From the IMG/VR virus record IMGVR_UViG_3300045988_034730: a stretch of 42,840 nt of DNA; one strand, given 5' to 3'. This stretch comes from a virus. Positions within the stretch are counted from its first letter, which is position 1, and each line of letters begins with the position of its first letter. Below are positions 1 through 7,498 of this stretch, piece after piece. The translations under genes and the position numbers were made by a program. The notes under the pieces are model-generated. The model did not search any database, was not told the origin of the DNA, and worked only from the letters and a program-made list of their open reading frames with translations.

Positions 1-228
1 GTGGGTGTACGGCGATGCGCGGGTGTACGGCAATGCGCGGGTGTACGGCAATGCGATGGTGTCCGGCGATGCGATGGTGTCCGGCGATGCGCGGGTGTCC
101 GGCGATGCGCGGGTGTACGGCAATGCGATGGTGTACGGCAATGCGCGGGTGTCCGGCGATGCGATGGTGTACGGCAATGCGCGGGTGTACGGCAATGCGC
201 GGGTGTCCGGCGATGCGCGGGTGTTTAG
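1..228. repeat. About 12 tandem copies of a degenerate 18-bp unit, gcgcgggtgtacggcaat and variants. The array is coding and continues from 42788 across the junction.
   Basis: The 18-nt periodicity is directly visible. Variants are cgg/atg, tac/tcc and aat/gat. Confidence 0.9.
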
Positions 229-487
229 AATGTCTCACTATCTTACTGTTGGCCCGCTCGGTAGCAGAAATGATTTCACCACTTTCTTCCGCACAAAGCA
301 TCTTACAATCGGCGTAAACTGTGGATGCTTTGAAGGAGACATAGATCAATTCTTCGAAGCCGTAGAGAAAACGCATGGAAACAATAAACATGCACGGGCG
401 TATAAAGCTGCTATTGCACTGGCAAAGTTACAGATTGATTTAAACGAGGAGGATTCCAATGAAGAAGAGACTGAAAAAGAAAGTTGA
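1..487 (+). CDS. 3' portion of the hexapeptide-repeat protein (possible left-handed beta-helix); combined length about 212 aa.
   Basis: Tandem 6-aa repeats A(R/M)V(Y/S)G(N/D), encoded by the 18-bp DNA repeats, followed by a unique C-terminal domain. Its 3' end overlaps the next gene (459). The other two frames across the repeat array (1..228, 15..317) are repeat artefacts. Confidence 0.55.
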   Translation, partial: WVYGDARVYGNARVYGNAMVSGDAMVSGDARVSGDARVYGNAMVYGNARVSGDAMVYGNARVYGNARVSGDARVFRMSHYLTVGPLGSRNDFTTFFRTKHLTIGVNCGCFEGDIDQFFEAVEKTHGNNKHARAYKAAIALAKLQIDLNEEDSNEEETEKES

Positions 488-767
488 GAAGATGCGCCGG
501 AAGAAGGTGCATGAGATTCTGGAAATGGTGCTGGAAATCAACACCACATATGCAAGAAGACAGGATGTTACAGGAAACAAGCCTACGGCGTTTTTCTGGT
601 TTAATGGACATACCGCCAGTTTAGATATTAGCGTATATCAGAATGGGTGGTATCCAAATTGCTGTGAATGTCAGAATTTCAATACTATTTTTGAGTATAG
701 CATGGATGAATTGTTAGAAGAACTTTCAAATAGGAAAAAGGAGTTGCAGGATGCCGGAAAGATGTGA
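459..767 (+). CDS. hypothetical protein
   Basis: 102-aa ORF with a GAGGAGG ribosome-binding site 8 nt upstream of the ATG. Confidence 0.5.
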   Translation: MKKRLKKKVEKMRRKKVHEILEMVLEINTTYARRQDVTGNKPTAFFWFNGHTASLDISVYQNGWYPNCCECQNFNTIFEYSMDELLEELSNRKKELQDAGKM

Positions 768-897
768 CTGTTGCGGTGCATATCTGGAAGCTGGCGGACT
801 CCTCTGCGAGAGATGCCGGGAAGATATGAAACGCCGAATCAAACATAGAAAAGAAAGGGAGAGCGAAAGAAATGCTGAAAAAAGCGGACGATCTTAA
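751..897 (+). CDS. Small CxxC...CxxC zinc-ribbon-like protein of 48 aa. Not in the ORF track because it is under 60 aa.
   Basis: ATG at 751. Translation is MPERCDCCGAYLEAGGLLCERCREDMKRRIKHRKERESERNAEKSGRS. A GGAG sits 9 nt upstream. The ORF fills the gap between neighbours and overlaps both. Confidence 0.35.
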   Translation: MPERCDCCGAYLEAGGLLCERCREDMKRRIKHRKERESERNAEKSGRS

Positions 898-1096
898 GAT
901 CGGAGATGAAATTATCGTCAAGGGATATGGCGGGCTTGAGTGGAACACGCTCAAGGGGAAAATCGTCAAAATCGTGGATAGCGGGAAGTGGCTTACTGCA
1001 TTTGTGGATGATGGGAATGCGTTCCGGTTGCCGAGCGGAACCGTGATCTACAAAGATGTTGCGCTGAGCAAGGAAGATTCAATCGAGGTGGCGTGA
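872..1096 (+). CDS. hypothetical protein
   Basis: 74-aa ORF preceded by GGGAGAG. Confidence 0.5.
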   Translation: MLKKADDLKIGDEIIVKGYGGLEWNTLKGKIVKIVDSGKWLTAFVDDGNAFRLPSGTVIYKDVALSKEDSIEVA

Positions 1097-1758
1097 TGGA
1101 AGAGAAGAAGAAAAACATTCATGAGTCGATCGCGGCTGTCATGGCTGAGATCGGGGCGATCGGCAAGAACAGCCAAAACAAACAGCAGGGATTCATGTAC
1201 AGGGGTGTTGACGCAGTCATTAACGCGATCAACCCGGCGCTGATCAAGTACAAGATGTATATTGTCCCGGAAGTGTTGGAGTATACATGCAACGAGCGGA
1301 CAACAGCGAAGGGCGGGAACCTGATCTATGCAATCTGCAAAATGCGGTACACATTTTACGCCGAAGACGGATCTTGCATTCCTGCAACTGTAATGGGAAT
1401 GGGTATGGATAGCGGAGACAAGGCAATGAATAAAGCGATGTCTGTAGCATTCAAATATGCTTGCTTCCAGACATTTTGCATCCCGACTGAGGAAATGAAA
1501 GATCCGGATGCAGAGACACCACCGCCAAGTAAACCGGCAAAGCCAACACTGGAAGCCAAATATGTAAACACGCTTTTCGCTGAGCTTCAGCGGACCGGCA
1601 TCGGATTAAAAGGCATCTTACAGACGTACAAAGTCGCAGACGTGCATGATATGACATTTGAGGATTGGAAAAAGGCTATGGATATCCTCAAGGGAAAGCC
1701 AGACAAGCCTGCACCGGATGTCCCGGACAAGGCTGATGAGGGTCTGCCGTGGAATTGA
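1093..1758 (+). CDS. Putative ERF-family single-strand annealing protein.
   Basis: The N-terminal region, ...NKQQGFMYRGVDAVINAINPAL..., resembles the ERF superfamily core. The gene is in a recombination-module position upstream of RusA. Confidence 0.5.
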   Translation: MMEEKKKNIHESIAAVMAEIGAIGKNSQNKQQGFMYRGVDAVINAINPALIKYKMYIVPEVLEYTCNERTTAKGGNLIYAICKMRYTFYAEDGSCIPATVMGMGMDSGDKAMNKAMSVAFKYACFQTFCIPTEEMKDPDAETPPPSKPAKPTLEAKYVNTLFAELQRTGIGLKGILQTYKVADVHDMTFEDWKKAMDILKGKPDKPAPDVPDKADEGLPWN

Positions 1759-1769
1759 GGTGGTAACAC

Positions 1770-2342
1770 ATGGAATGTACCGGAAAGCTTAAGGGAGTCG
1801 CGAAGGACTGGGTGAGCGGAAAATGGAACCTCACATTCGAGGTTGACGGCGATATCATCGCAGGGATCGACCAGATCAAGGACAAGCTCCTGACGGTGAT
1901 CGTGAAACAGTACCGGAAGAAGCGGAGCCTGGATGCGAACGGAATGTACTGGAAGCTCCTTAGTGAGCTTGCAGAAGCGCTGAAAGTCAGCAAGCCGTGT
2001 ATGCATAACGAGATGTTAAGGCGATACGGACAGCTCGAGATGATTGAAGGGCAGTGCGTGCCGCTCCGGATCCCGGACACCGATGAAGCCTATCAGAAAG
2101 CGCTGGAGGCGGAAGAGTATCACATCCGCCCCACATCGCAGACGATCGAGCGGAACGGAAAGCGTGACAGAGTATACTATCTCCTTCGCGGATCGCATGA
2201 TTATGATACGAAAGAGTTCTCTGAGCTCCTGAGCGGACTTATAAGCGAGTGCAAGGAACAGGGCATACCAACAATCGCACCGGACGAGTTCAAGCGGCTC
2301 ATGGGCGCGTATGAAGCGCAGAACGGCGGCAAACATGGCTAA
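1770..2342 (+). CDS. hypothetical protein (early region)
   Basis: 190-aa ORF with a short start overlap with the upstream gene. Confidence 0.5.
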   Translation: MECTGKLKGVAKDWVSGKWNLTFEVDGDIIAGIDQIKDKLLTVIVKQYRKKRSLDANGMYWKLLSELAEALKVSKPCMHNEMLRRYGQLEMIEGQCVPLRIPDTDEAYQKALEAEEYHIRPTSQTIERNGKRDRVYYLLRGSHDYDTKEFSELLSGLISECKEQGIPTIAPDEFKRLMGAYEAQNGGKHG

Positions 2343-2631
2343 GAAATTATGGAGCATCTTTACCGACGATATGGATCACTGCTACTTTACGGGATCACCG
2401 GAAGTGGAAAGGCACCACGTCTTCGGTGCTGCGAATCGCAGCAGATCGGAAGTGTACGGATATGTGATCCCGTTGCACCCGACACTGCACCCAAATGGGG
2501 CGATGTTCAAGCGCACGAAAGAGAACTTGAAGATTGATAAGTATCTGAAACAGCGCTGCCAGAGAGATTACGAAAAGAATCATGGCAGCAGAGCGGACTT
2601 CATAAAGGAGTTCGGGGAATCATACTTGTAA
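2311..2631 (+). CDS. Hypothetical protein, possibly a degenerate His-Me/HNH-like nuclease. An alternative start lies at 2335.
   Basis: Motif CYFTG...ERHHVFG...N...S...G.VIPLHP.LH. The ATG at 2335 overlaps the upstream stop. Both candidate starts have weak ribosome-binding sites. Confidence 0.4.
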   Translation: MKRRTAANMAKKLWSIFTDDMDHCYFTGSPEVERHHVFGAANRSRSEVYGYVIPLHPTLHPNGAMFKRTKENLKIDKYLKQRCQRDYEKNHGSRADFIKEFGESYL

Positions 2632-2753
2632 GGAAATCTTACAAGTTGGAATCAACCTCCAAATGGCACCTTTACATGTCACAGCATCTTATCGAGTGCC
2701 ATTTTAATACATACCTCAAGCCCCGGATCATGCCGGGGCGGAAAGGAGGAGCA

Positions 2754-3098
2754 ATGAAAGAGAAGGTAGACATGAATCTTGCAATGCTCATCGTGTACAA
2801 TACGCTGGGCATAGGAAAAGAGAATGCGGTCAGCCGCAGGCAGATCGTGGAATCGACAGGATACCCAGACCGGCTGATAAGAGAATGCATCGAGCGGCTC
2901 AGAGAAGAAGAGCCGATACTTTCCGCCACTGATGGAAGTGGCTACTACATTGCCACAGAGGACGCACAGGGAGTCACAGAAGCCGTTGAATGGGTAACGG
3001 GGCAGAACCGCAGGGCGAAGTCTATACGGAAGTCATGCAGCGGCGCACAGAAGCTTATAAGCAGAGTACAGCAGATGGAGATGGGACATGAAATATAG
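2754..3098 (+). CDS. Hypothetical protein, winged-helix-like.
   Basis: Strong AAAGGAGGAG ribosome-binding site 6 nt before the ATG at 2754. The ORF track's upstream extension to 2646 lacks a ribosome-binding site. Confidence 0.5.
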   Translation: MKEKVDMNLAMLIVYNTLGIGKENAVSRRQIVESTGYPDRLIRECIERLREEEPILSATDGSGYYIATEDAQGVTEAVEWVTGQNRRAKSIRKSCSGAQKLISRVQQMEMGHEI

Positions 3099-3465
3099 TT
3101 TTACGATCCACGGGCGGCTCAAGGGGCTTAATGACTACATAGATGCCTGCCGGAGAAATCCGAAAGGCGGCGGCAGATTCAAGCATAAGGAACAGGCGTG
3201 GGTTTCCCTCTGTGTGAGAAATAAGCTCAGAGGGGTCAAGATCAGACGCCCGGTCATTATCCATTATCACTGGTACGAGCCGAACCGGAGACGGGACCTT
3301 GATAACATCGCAGGGTTTGGCCACAAAGTGATTCAGGATGCACTTGTTGAATGCGGAGTCCTCGCCAATGATGGATGGAAAGAGGTTTGTGGGTTTACTG
3401 ATACCTTCTCTGTTACAAAGAAAGAACCGTGTGTAGCGGTCGAACTGGAGGAGGTGGAAGAATGA
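3088..3465 (+). CDS. rusA: RusA-family Holliday-junction resolvase.
   Basis: Contains the conserved EPNRRRDLDNIAGFGHKVIQDAL motif, with the RRDLDN catalytic core characteristic of RusA. Confidence 0.8.
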   Translation: MKYSFTIHGRLKGLNDYIDACRRNPKGGGRFKHKEQAWVSLCVRNKLRGVKIRRPVIIHYHWYEPNRRRDLDNIAGFGHKVIQDALVECGVLANDGWKEVCGFTDTFSVTKKEPCVAVELEEVEE

Positions 3466-4163
3466 GAGAGAGCATGGTATTCTACCAGTCCTTCGCAAAG
3501 GCGATCAAGCTCATGCCGAAGGACAAACAGTTAGACGCCTTGTGGGCGATCATTGATTATGGACTGGATGGCACAGAGCCGGATCCAGAGACAGACGTTT
3601 ACACGATGATGGTTTTCGAGATGGCAAAGCCGCAGATTGACTCGAATGTCAAACGGAAGGTGAATGGATCATCCGGCGGCAGACCGAAAACCTATGGTTA
3701 TGAAGATGAAAAACCAGTGGTTACTGAAAGTGAAAACCATAGGTTATCGGATGAAAAACCTAATGTAAATGTAAATGAGAATGTAAATGTAAAGGAAAAT
3801 GATAAAAAGAAAGACACTAACGTGTCTAAAGAAAAGCGCTTTGCGCCACCCACCCCGGAGAATGTGAGTGAATATTGCCGGGAAATGGGATACACGCATG
3901 TTGACGCTAATAAGTTCGTCGATACATTTTCTGCAAAGGGATGGAGAGTCGGGAAGACCAATACCCCCATGAAGGACTGGAAAGCGTCCGTAAGGAACTG
4001 GGAACGGCAAGAGAAAGAGTGGAGGGAGGAAAAGACCGCCAAAACTCAGGACAAGTCATCGAACCGGTTCAAGAATTTCACAGAGCGGCAGTATAACCAG
4101 TCTGACTATGACAAGATCATTTTCGGCGAGCTTGCGAAACCAAGAGGGGAGGAACACACATGA
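3462..4163 (+). CDS. Putative phage replication-organiser protein with a conserved phage C-terminal domain resembling Phg_2220_C/DnaD.
   Basis: ATG at 3462 sits after GAGGAGGTGGAAGA. The C-terminal stretch, ...NVSEYCREMGYTHVDANKFVDTFSAKGWRVGKTNTPMKDWKASVRNWERQ, looks like the C-terminus of phage replisome-organiser proteins. An internal low-complexity linker is also present. Confidence 0.45.
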   Translation: MRESMVFYQSFAKAIKLMPKDKQLDALWAIIDYGLDGTEPDPETDVYTMMVFEMAKPQIDSNVKRKVNGSSGGRPKTYGYEDEKPVVTESENHRLSDEKPNVNVNENVNVKENDKKKDTNVSKEKRFAPPTPENVSEYCREMGYTHVDANKFVDTFSAKGWRVGKTNTPMKDWKASVRNWERQEKEWREEKTAKTQDKSSNRFKNFTERQYNQSDYDKIIFGELAKPRGEEHT

Positions 4164-4435
4164 AATACCTGTATGACGTTCTCGACACAGATACCGGAGA
4201 GCGCGTGGTTGAGAGCGGCACCGCGAAAGATGTCGAGAGCGCAATTGGAATTGAAAAACGCCGGATCGCCATGTATGTAAAGACTGGGAATAAGTTTCAC
4301 CGGCGCTATCTGATCGAGAGTGTAGGTGTCATTGATACTACCGAAGGGGCGCAGTTATGGTGTAACCGCTTTGCACGCGAATGGGACAAGGCGAGGGAAA
4401 AGGTCATGGGAGGTCTGAGAGATGCTGTTAAGTAA
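4160..4435 (+). CDS. hypothetical protein
   Basis: 91-aa ORF preceded by GGGGAGGAAC. Confidence 0.5.
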   Translation: MKYLYDVLDTDTGERVVESGTAKDVESAIGIEKRRIAMYVKTGNKFHRRYLIESVGVIDTTEGAQLWCNRFAREWDKAREKVMGGLRDAVK

Positions 4436-4757
4436 AGACGAGGCAAAGCTCCAGCGGTACACGCAGGCGCAGATTTTTATGGACAGGATCGCGCTTGCCG
4501 CGCATAAGGTTAAGCCAGGAGATAAGCTGACGGTATGGGCGCTCAAATGCAGTACAACAGAAGCTTGCAATAACAGGACGGAAGTCCACAGAAAAGCGAA
4601 GGTGATTGCGGTTTATCCACATTTTGTCCACGCGAGACTGGTGAACCCGCATCCTGGGCGGACTGGATGCGAAGAGAGCTTCCGTTGGGATGATATCGTG
4701 AAGTGGAATAAGTATTTATGGGAGGGCGCACAGAATGAAAGTGTTAGTCGCATGTGA
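4422..4757 (+). CDS. hypothetical protein
   Basis: 111-aa ORF. Confidence 0.45.
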   Translation: MLLSKDEAKLQRYTQAQIFMDRIALAAHKVKPGDKLTVWALKCSTTEACNNRTEVHRKAKVIAVYPHFVHARLVNPHPGRTGCEESFRWDDIVKWNKYLWEGAQNESVSRM

Positions 4758-5394
4758 AGAGTCACAGACCGTTTGTAAGGCGTTTCGCGACTTAGGGCAT
4801 GAAGCGTATAGCTGCGACATCAAAAAGCCGTCTGGCGGTCATCCAGAGTGGCACATCCTCAATGACGCACTCAAAGTTCTGGCGGGGGGTCAAATCGTGA
4901 CTATGGACGGCGCAACGCATGACGTTGGCAAGTGGGATTTGCTCATTGCGCATCCACCCTGCACTTATCTGTCAAACGCTGGTGCACGCCACCTCTGGAA
5001 AGGGCATGAGTTGCAGGCCGACCGTGTGATGCATGGGATTCTTGGCAGAGATTTGTTTATGCATTTTTGGTGGGCTGACATTCCCAAAATATGTGTAGAA
5101 AATCCAGTGCCCAGCAAAGTGTTTTGCCTGCCTAAGCATACACAGACTGTGCAACCGTATGAATATGGACATCCGTACAGCAAGAAAACCCGCCTTTGGC
5201 TGAAAGGACTTGAACCGCTACATCCAACAGATATCGTTGAACCTGTAGCAACGTGGTGCCCGTCTGGCTCGTACTCTCACAAACATGGAGAGTGCCATAA
5301 AGGGATGTTTACAACCGACAGAGCAAGAAACCGGGCAAAAACGTTTCCGGGGATCGCTAAGGCAATGGCAGAACAGTGGGGAGGTAAGGCATGA
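4735..5394 (+). CDS. DNA cytosine-C5-methyltransferase-like protein that lacks the canonical FxGxGG AdoMet-binding loop.
   Basis: Carries motif IV-like DLLIAHPPCTYLSNAG (a Pro-Cys catalytic dipeptide) and ENV-like CVENPVPS. The N-terminus reads MKVLVACEESQ where the Gly loop is expected. At 219 aa it is only about half the size of a typical methyltransferase. Confidence 0.45.
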   Translation: MKVLVACEESQTVCKAFRDLGHEAYSCDIKKPSGGHPEWHILNDALKVLAGGQIVTMDGATHDVGKWDLLIAHPPCTYLSNAGARHLWKGHELQADRVMHGILGRDLFMHFWWADIPKICVENPVPSKVFCLPKHTQTVQPYEYGHPYSKKTRLWLKGLEPLHPTDIVEPVATWCPSGSYSHKHGECHKGMFTTDRARNRAKTFPGIAKAMAEQWGGKA

Positions 5395-5570
5395 ATGATG
5401 AGATGGCAACCACAGCAGATTTGCGGGATCTAAGAAGACTCATTCACGAGGTCACAGGATACCGGCTTTTGACAAGGAGTGAAGTCCATCAGATCACCAT
5501 AATTTTGGAGCACGCAGTAGATCGTGAGCTTGCAAAAGCGGTGATGGAACAGGATGGTGGTAAGGAATGA
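5391..5570 (+). CDS. Small hypothetical protein of 59 aa.
   Basis: ATG at 5391 overlaps the upstream stop (ATGA). GGGGAGGTAAGGC lies upstream. Translation is MNDEMATTADLRDLRRLIHEVTGYRLL... Confidence 0.35.
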   Translation: MNDEMATTADLRDLRRLIHEVTGYRLLTRSEVHQITIILEHAVDRELAKAVMEQDGGKE

Positions 5571-5746
5571 TTAGATTTTTAATTGGGGTTTGGCTCATCG
5601 TGATGGCGATAGGCGCAGCTATGTCAGTCATGATTGCTTGTGACGATGAGGACGTAAAAGGCGCAGTTTTATTTCTGACAACTCTGGGTTTAACATCTGC
5701 GATAGCTGAATTTGGCTTATGGATGATTATGGCAGCAGGAGGATGA
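5567..5746 (+). CDS. Small membrane protein of 59 aa; tandem paralogue 1.
   Basis: Translation is MIRFLIGVWLIVMAIGAAMSVMIACDDEDVKGAVLFLTTLGLTSAIAEFGLWMIMAAGG. Hydrophobic, with an acidic CDDED/EDD loop. Confidence 0.35.
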   Translation: MIRFLIGVWLIVMAIGAAMSVMIACDDEDVKGAVLFLTTLGLTSAIAEFGLWMIMAAGG

Positions 5747-5751
5747 GATAG

Positions 5752-5910
5752 ATGAGAGTAATGTTTGGCTACTGGACCGTATGTATAACAGTGATTTCCT
5801 TCATCCTTTGCATTGCGGAAGACGATATAAAAGAGAAACTGCTTATAGTGGGAGCCACTGGGATATTTCTGGCCATGCTATTATTTGGCCTGTGGTTGAT
5901 AGGAGGGTGA
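5752..5910 (+). CDS. Small membrane protein of 52 aa; tandem paralogue 2.
   Basis: Translation is MRVMFGYWTVCITVISFILCIAEDDIKEKLLIVGATGIFLAMLLFGLWLIGG. The junction sequence GGAGG(A/G)TGAGATAGATGAGAG recurs at the ends of both paralogues. Confidence 0.35.
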   Translation: MRVMFGYWTVCITVISFILCIAEDDIKEKLLIVGATGIFLAMLLFGLWLIGG

Positions 5911-5915
5911 GATAG

Positions 5916-6422
5916 ATGAGAGATCTTAATGAAATCTTAAGCAACAAGCACATATGGGGACATAGTATCATGTTCCCGATGCATACGGCATGGATCAAGC
6001 TGCCAGACTGCGGCACATGCAGCGTAATCTGGAGCGAGAACGAGGCTGGAATGGAGCACGTGAGCATTTCCCCGAAGAAAAAGTTAAGAATCCCCACATG
6101 GGATGACATGTGCGTTCTTAAGGAAACCTTTTTCCGGGACAGTGAAGAAGCTTACGAGATACACCCCAAAAAGAGCGAGTACGTCAACGTGGTTGAGAAC
6201 TGCTTACACCTCTGGAAGCCGATCGGGCAGGAGCTGGAGGATTTGATCGAGATCAATGGGGAGATGAAAGCCATACTCATGAAGCTTGCGAAAGTAGAGC
6301 GGGATAATGAGGAGCTTAGAGAAAAACTTCGGCAGATTGATGGACCAGTGCAAGAAAGTAATATACGAAAGATCACGCTAATGGACGGCAGGAACGCATA
6401 TGCTTGTGAAGTCGAACCGTGA
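5916..6422 (+). CDS. hypothetical protein
   Basis: 168-aa ORF. The start overlaps the upstream repeat junction. Confidence 0.5.
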   Translation: MRDLNEILSNKHIWGHSIMFPMHTAWIKLPDCGTCSVIWSENEAGMEHVSISPKKKLRIPTWDDMCVLKETFFRDSEEAYEIHPKKSEYVNVVENCLHLWKPIGQELEDLIEINGEMKAILMKLAKVERDNEELREKLRQIDGPVQESNIRKITLMDGRNAYACEVEP

Positions 6423-6437
6423 GGAAGGAGAAAAATC

Positions 6438-6569
6438 ATGGAAAAAGAACGCTGTGACAACTGCTTGTATGAGTACGCCTGTGACTGGAGCAAGGCAGGA
6501 GAAGAGTTGAAATGCGAGGATTGGAAGCCGGAGGTGATGAGTAATGGATCTCGAACAGAAGAGCATTGA
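6438..6569 (+). CDS. Small Cys-rich protein of 43 aa.
   Basis: GAGGAAGGAG ribosome-binding site. Translation is MEKERCDNCLYEYACDWSKAGEELKCEDWKPEVMSNGSRTEEH. It overlaps the start of the next gene. Confidence 0.3.
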   Translation: MEKERCDNCLYEYACDWSKAGEELKCEDWKPEVMSNGSRTEEH

Positions 6570-7395
6570 GAGAATCAAGACGGCATCAGAGATGAGCTTA
6601 CACCACTATGGCAAGCCGCTGATCTGCACTTATTCCGGCGGAAAAGACAGTGATGTGATGTTAGAGCTTTTCAAAAGATCCGGTGTTCCGTTCGAGGTTT
6701 CACACGGCCTGACAACCGTGGACGCGCCTCCGACAGTGCGACACATCAAAGAGACGTTTGCACGGCTTGAGGAGTCAGGAATCACGGCAACGATCCACCA
6801 CCCGAAGATGACGATGTGGCAGCTTATTCCGCATAAGAAGATGCCACCTTCCAGAATGAAACGTTACTGTTGCGAGGAGTACAAGGAAAACGTCAATCCC
6901 AATCGCTTTGTGGCTACTGGAGTACGATGGGCCGAGAGCAACAAGAGAAAGAATCGTCAGGACATCGAGCCGAAGGAGAAAAAGGCAGCAGAAAAGCTCT
7001 TGCTGATGAGCGAAAATGACAGAAAAAGAGCGCTGATTGAGACGTGCAAGATTAAGGGAAATATGATCGTCAATCCGATTGTCGATTGGCTGGACAGTGA
7101 CATCTGGGAATACTACTGGAATGAATGCCCATCCCACAATGATCTGTACGAAATGGGATACTACCGCGTTGGCTGTATCGGGTGCCCAATGGCCGGAAAA
7201 AAGCACAGATACAAGGAATTCTCCGATTTCCCTACGTATCAGCGGGCCTATATAAGAGCATTCGGTAAGATGCTGGAGGCGATCCATGCGGCGGGAAAAG
7301 AGACACGATGGAAGAACGCAGACGATGTGTTCCGCTGGTGGATGGAAGACACCAACGTAGAAGGGCAGATATCAATGTTTGACGATACAGAATAG
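6544..7395 (+). CDS. Phosphoadenosine-phosphosulfate-reductase-family protein (PP-loop ATP pyrophosphatase; DndC-like).
   Basis: PP-loop motif SGGKDS near the N-terminus. A C-terminal Cys cluster, YRVGCIGCPMAGKK, is also present. Confidence 0.7.
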   Translation: MDLEQKSIERIKTASEMSLHHYGKPLICTYSGGKDSDVMLELFKRSGVPFEVSHGLTTVDAPPTVRHIKETFARLEESGITATIHHPKMTMWQLIPHKKMPPSRMKRYCCEEYKENVNPNRFVATGVRWAESNKRKNRQDIEPKEKKAAEKLLLMSENDRKRALIETCKIKGNMIVNPIVDWLDSDIWEYYWNECPSHNDLYEMGYYRVGCIGCPMAGKKHRYKEFSDFPTYQRAYIRAFGKMLEAIHAAGKETRWKNADDVFRWWMEDTNVEGQISMFDDTE

Positions 7396-7400
7396 AAAAA

Positions 7401-7437
7401 TAGCGGCGGACCACCCGCCAAGATGATTCCGCCGCTA
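7401..7437. other. Stem-loop with 9-bp arms, tagcggcgg / ccgccgcta.
   Basis: Perfect 9-bp inverted repeat with a 19-nt spacer. A runs flank it on the + strand, so T runs flank it on the - strand. It lies between the PAPS-reductase-like gene and the recombinase gene. Confidence 0.4.
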
Positions 7438-7498
7438 AGAAAATAAATCGCTTAAGTCCATTATAGCCGACTTGAGCGCCAAAATCAAGGAGGTACTT

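Noticed and set aside
1-228. Could the tandem array be a CRISPR array?
   Set aside because: The repeats are directly abutting with no spacers. The unit is 18 bp and the array is coding.
1-317. The + strand ORFs 1..228 and 15..317 (MGVRRCAGV... and MRGCTAMRG...) over the repeat array.
   Set aside because: These are alternative frames of an 18-bp tandem repeat, which has no stop codons in any phase. Only the 5..487 frame is continuous with the upstream portion of the gene.
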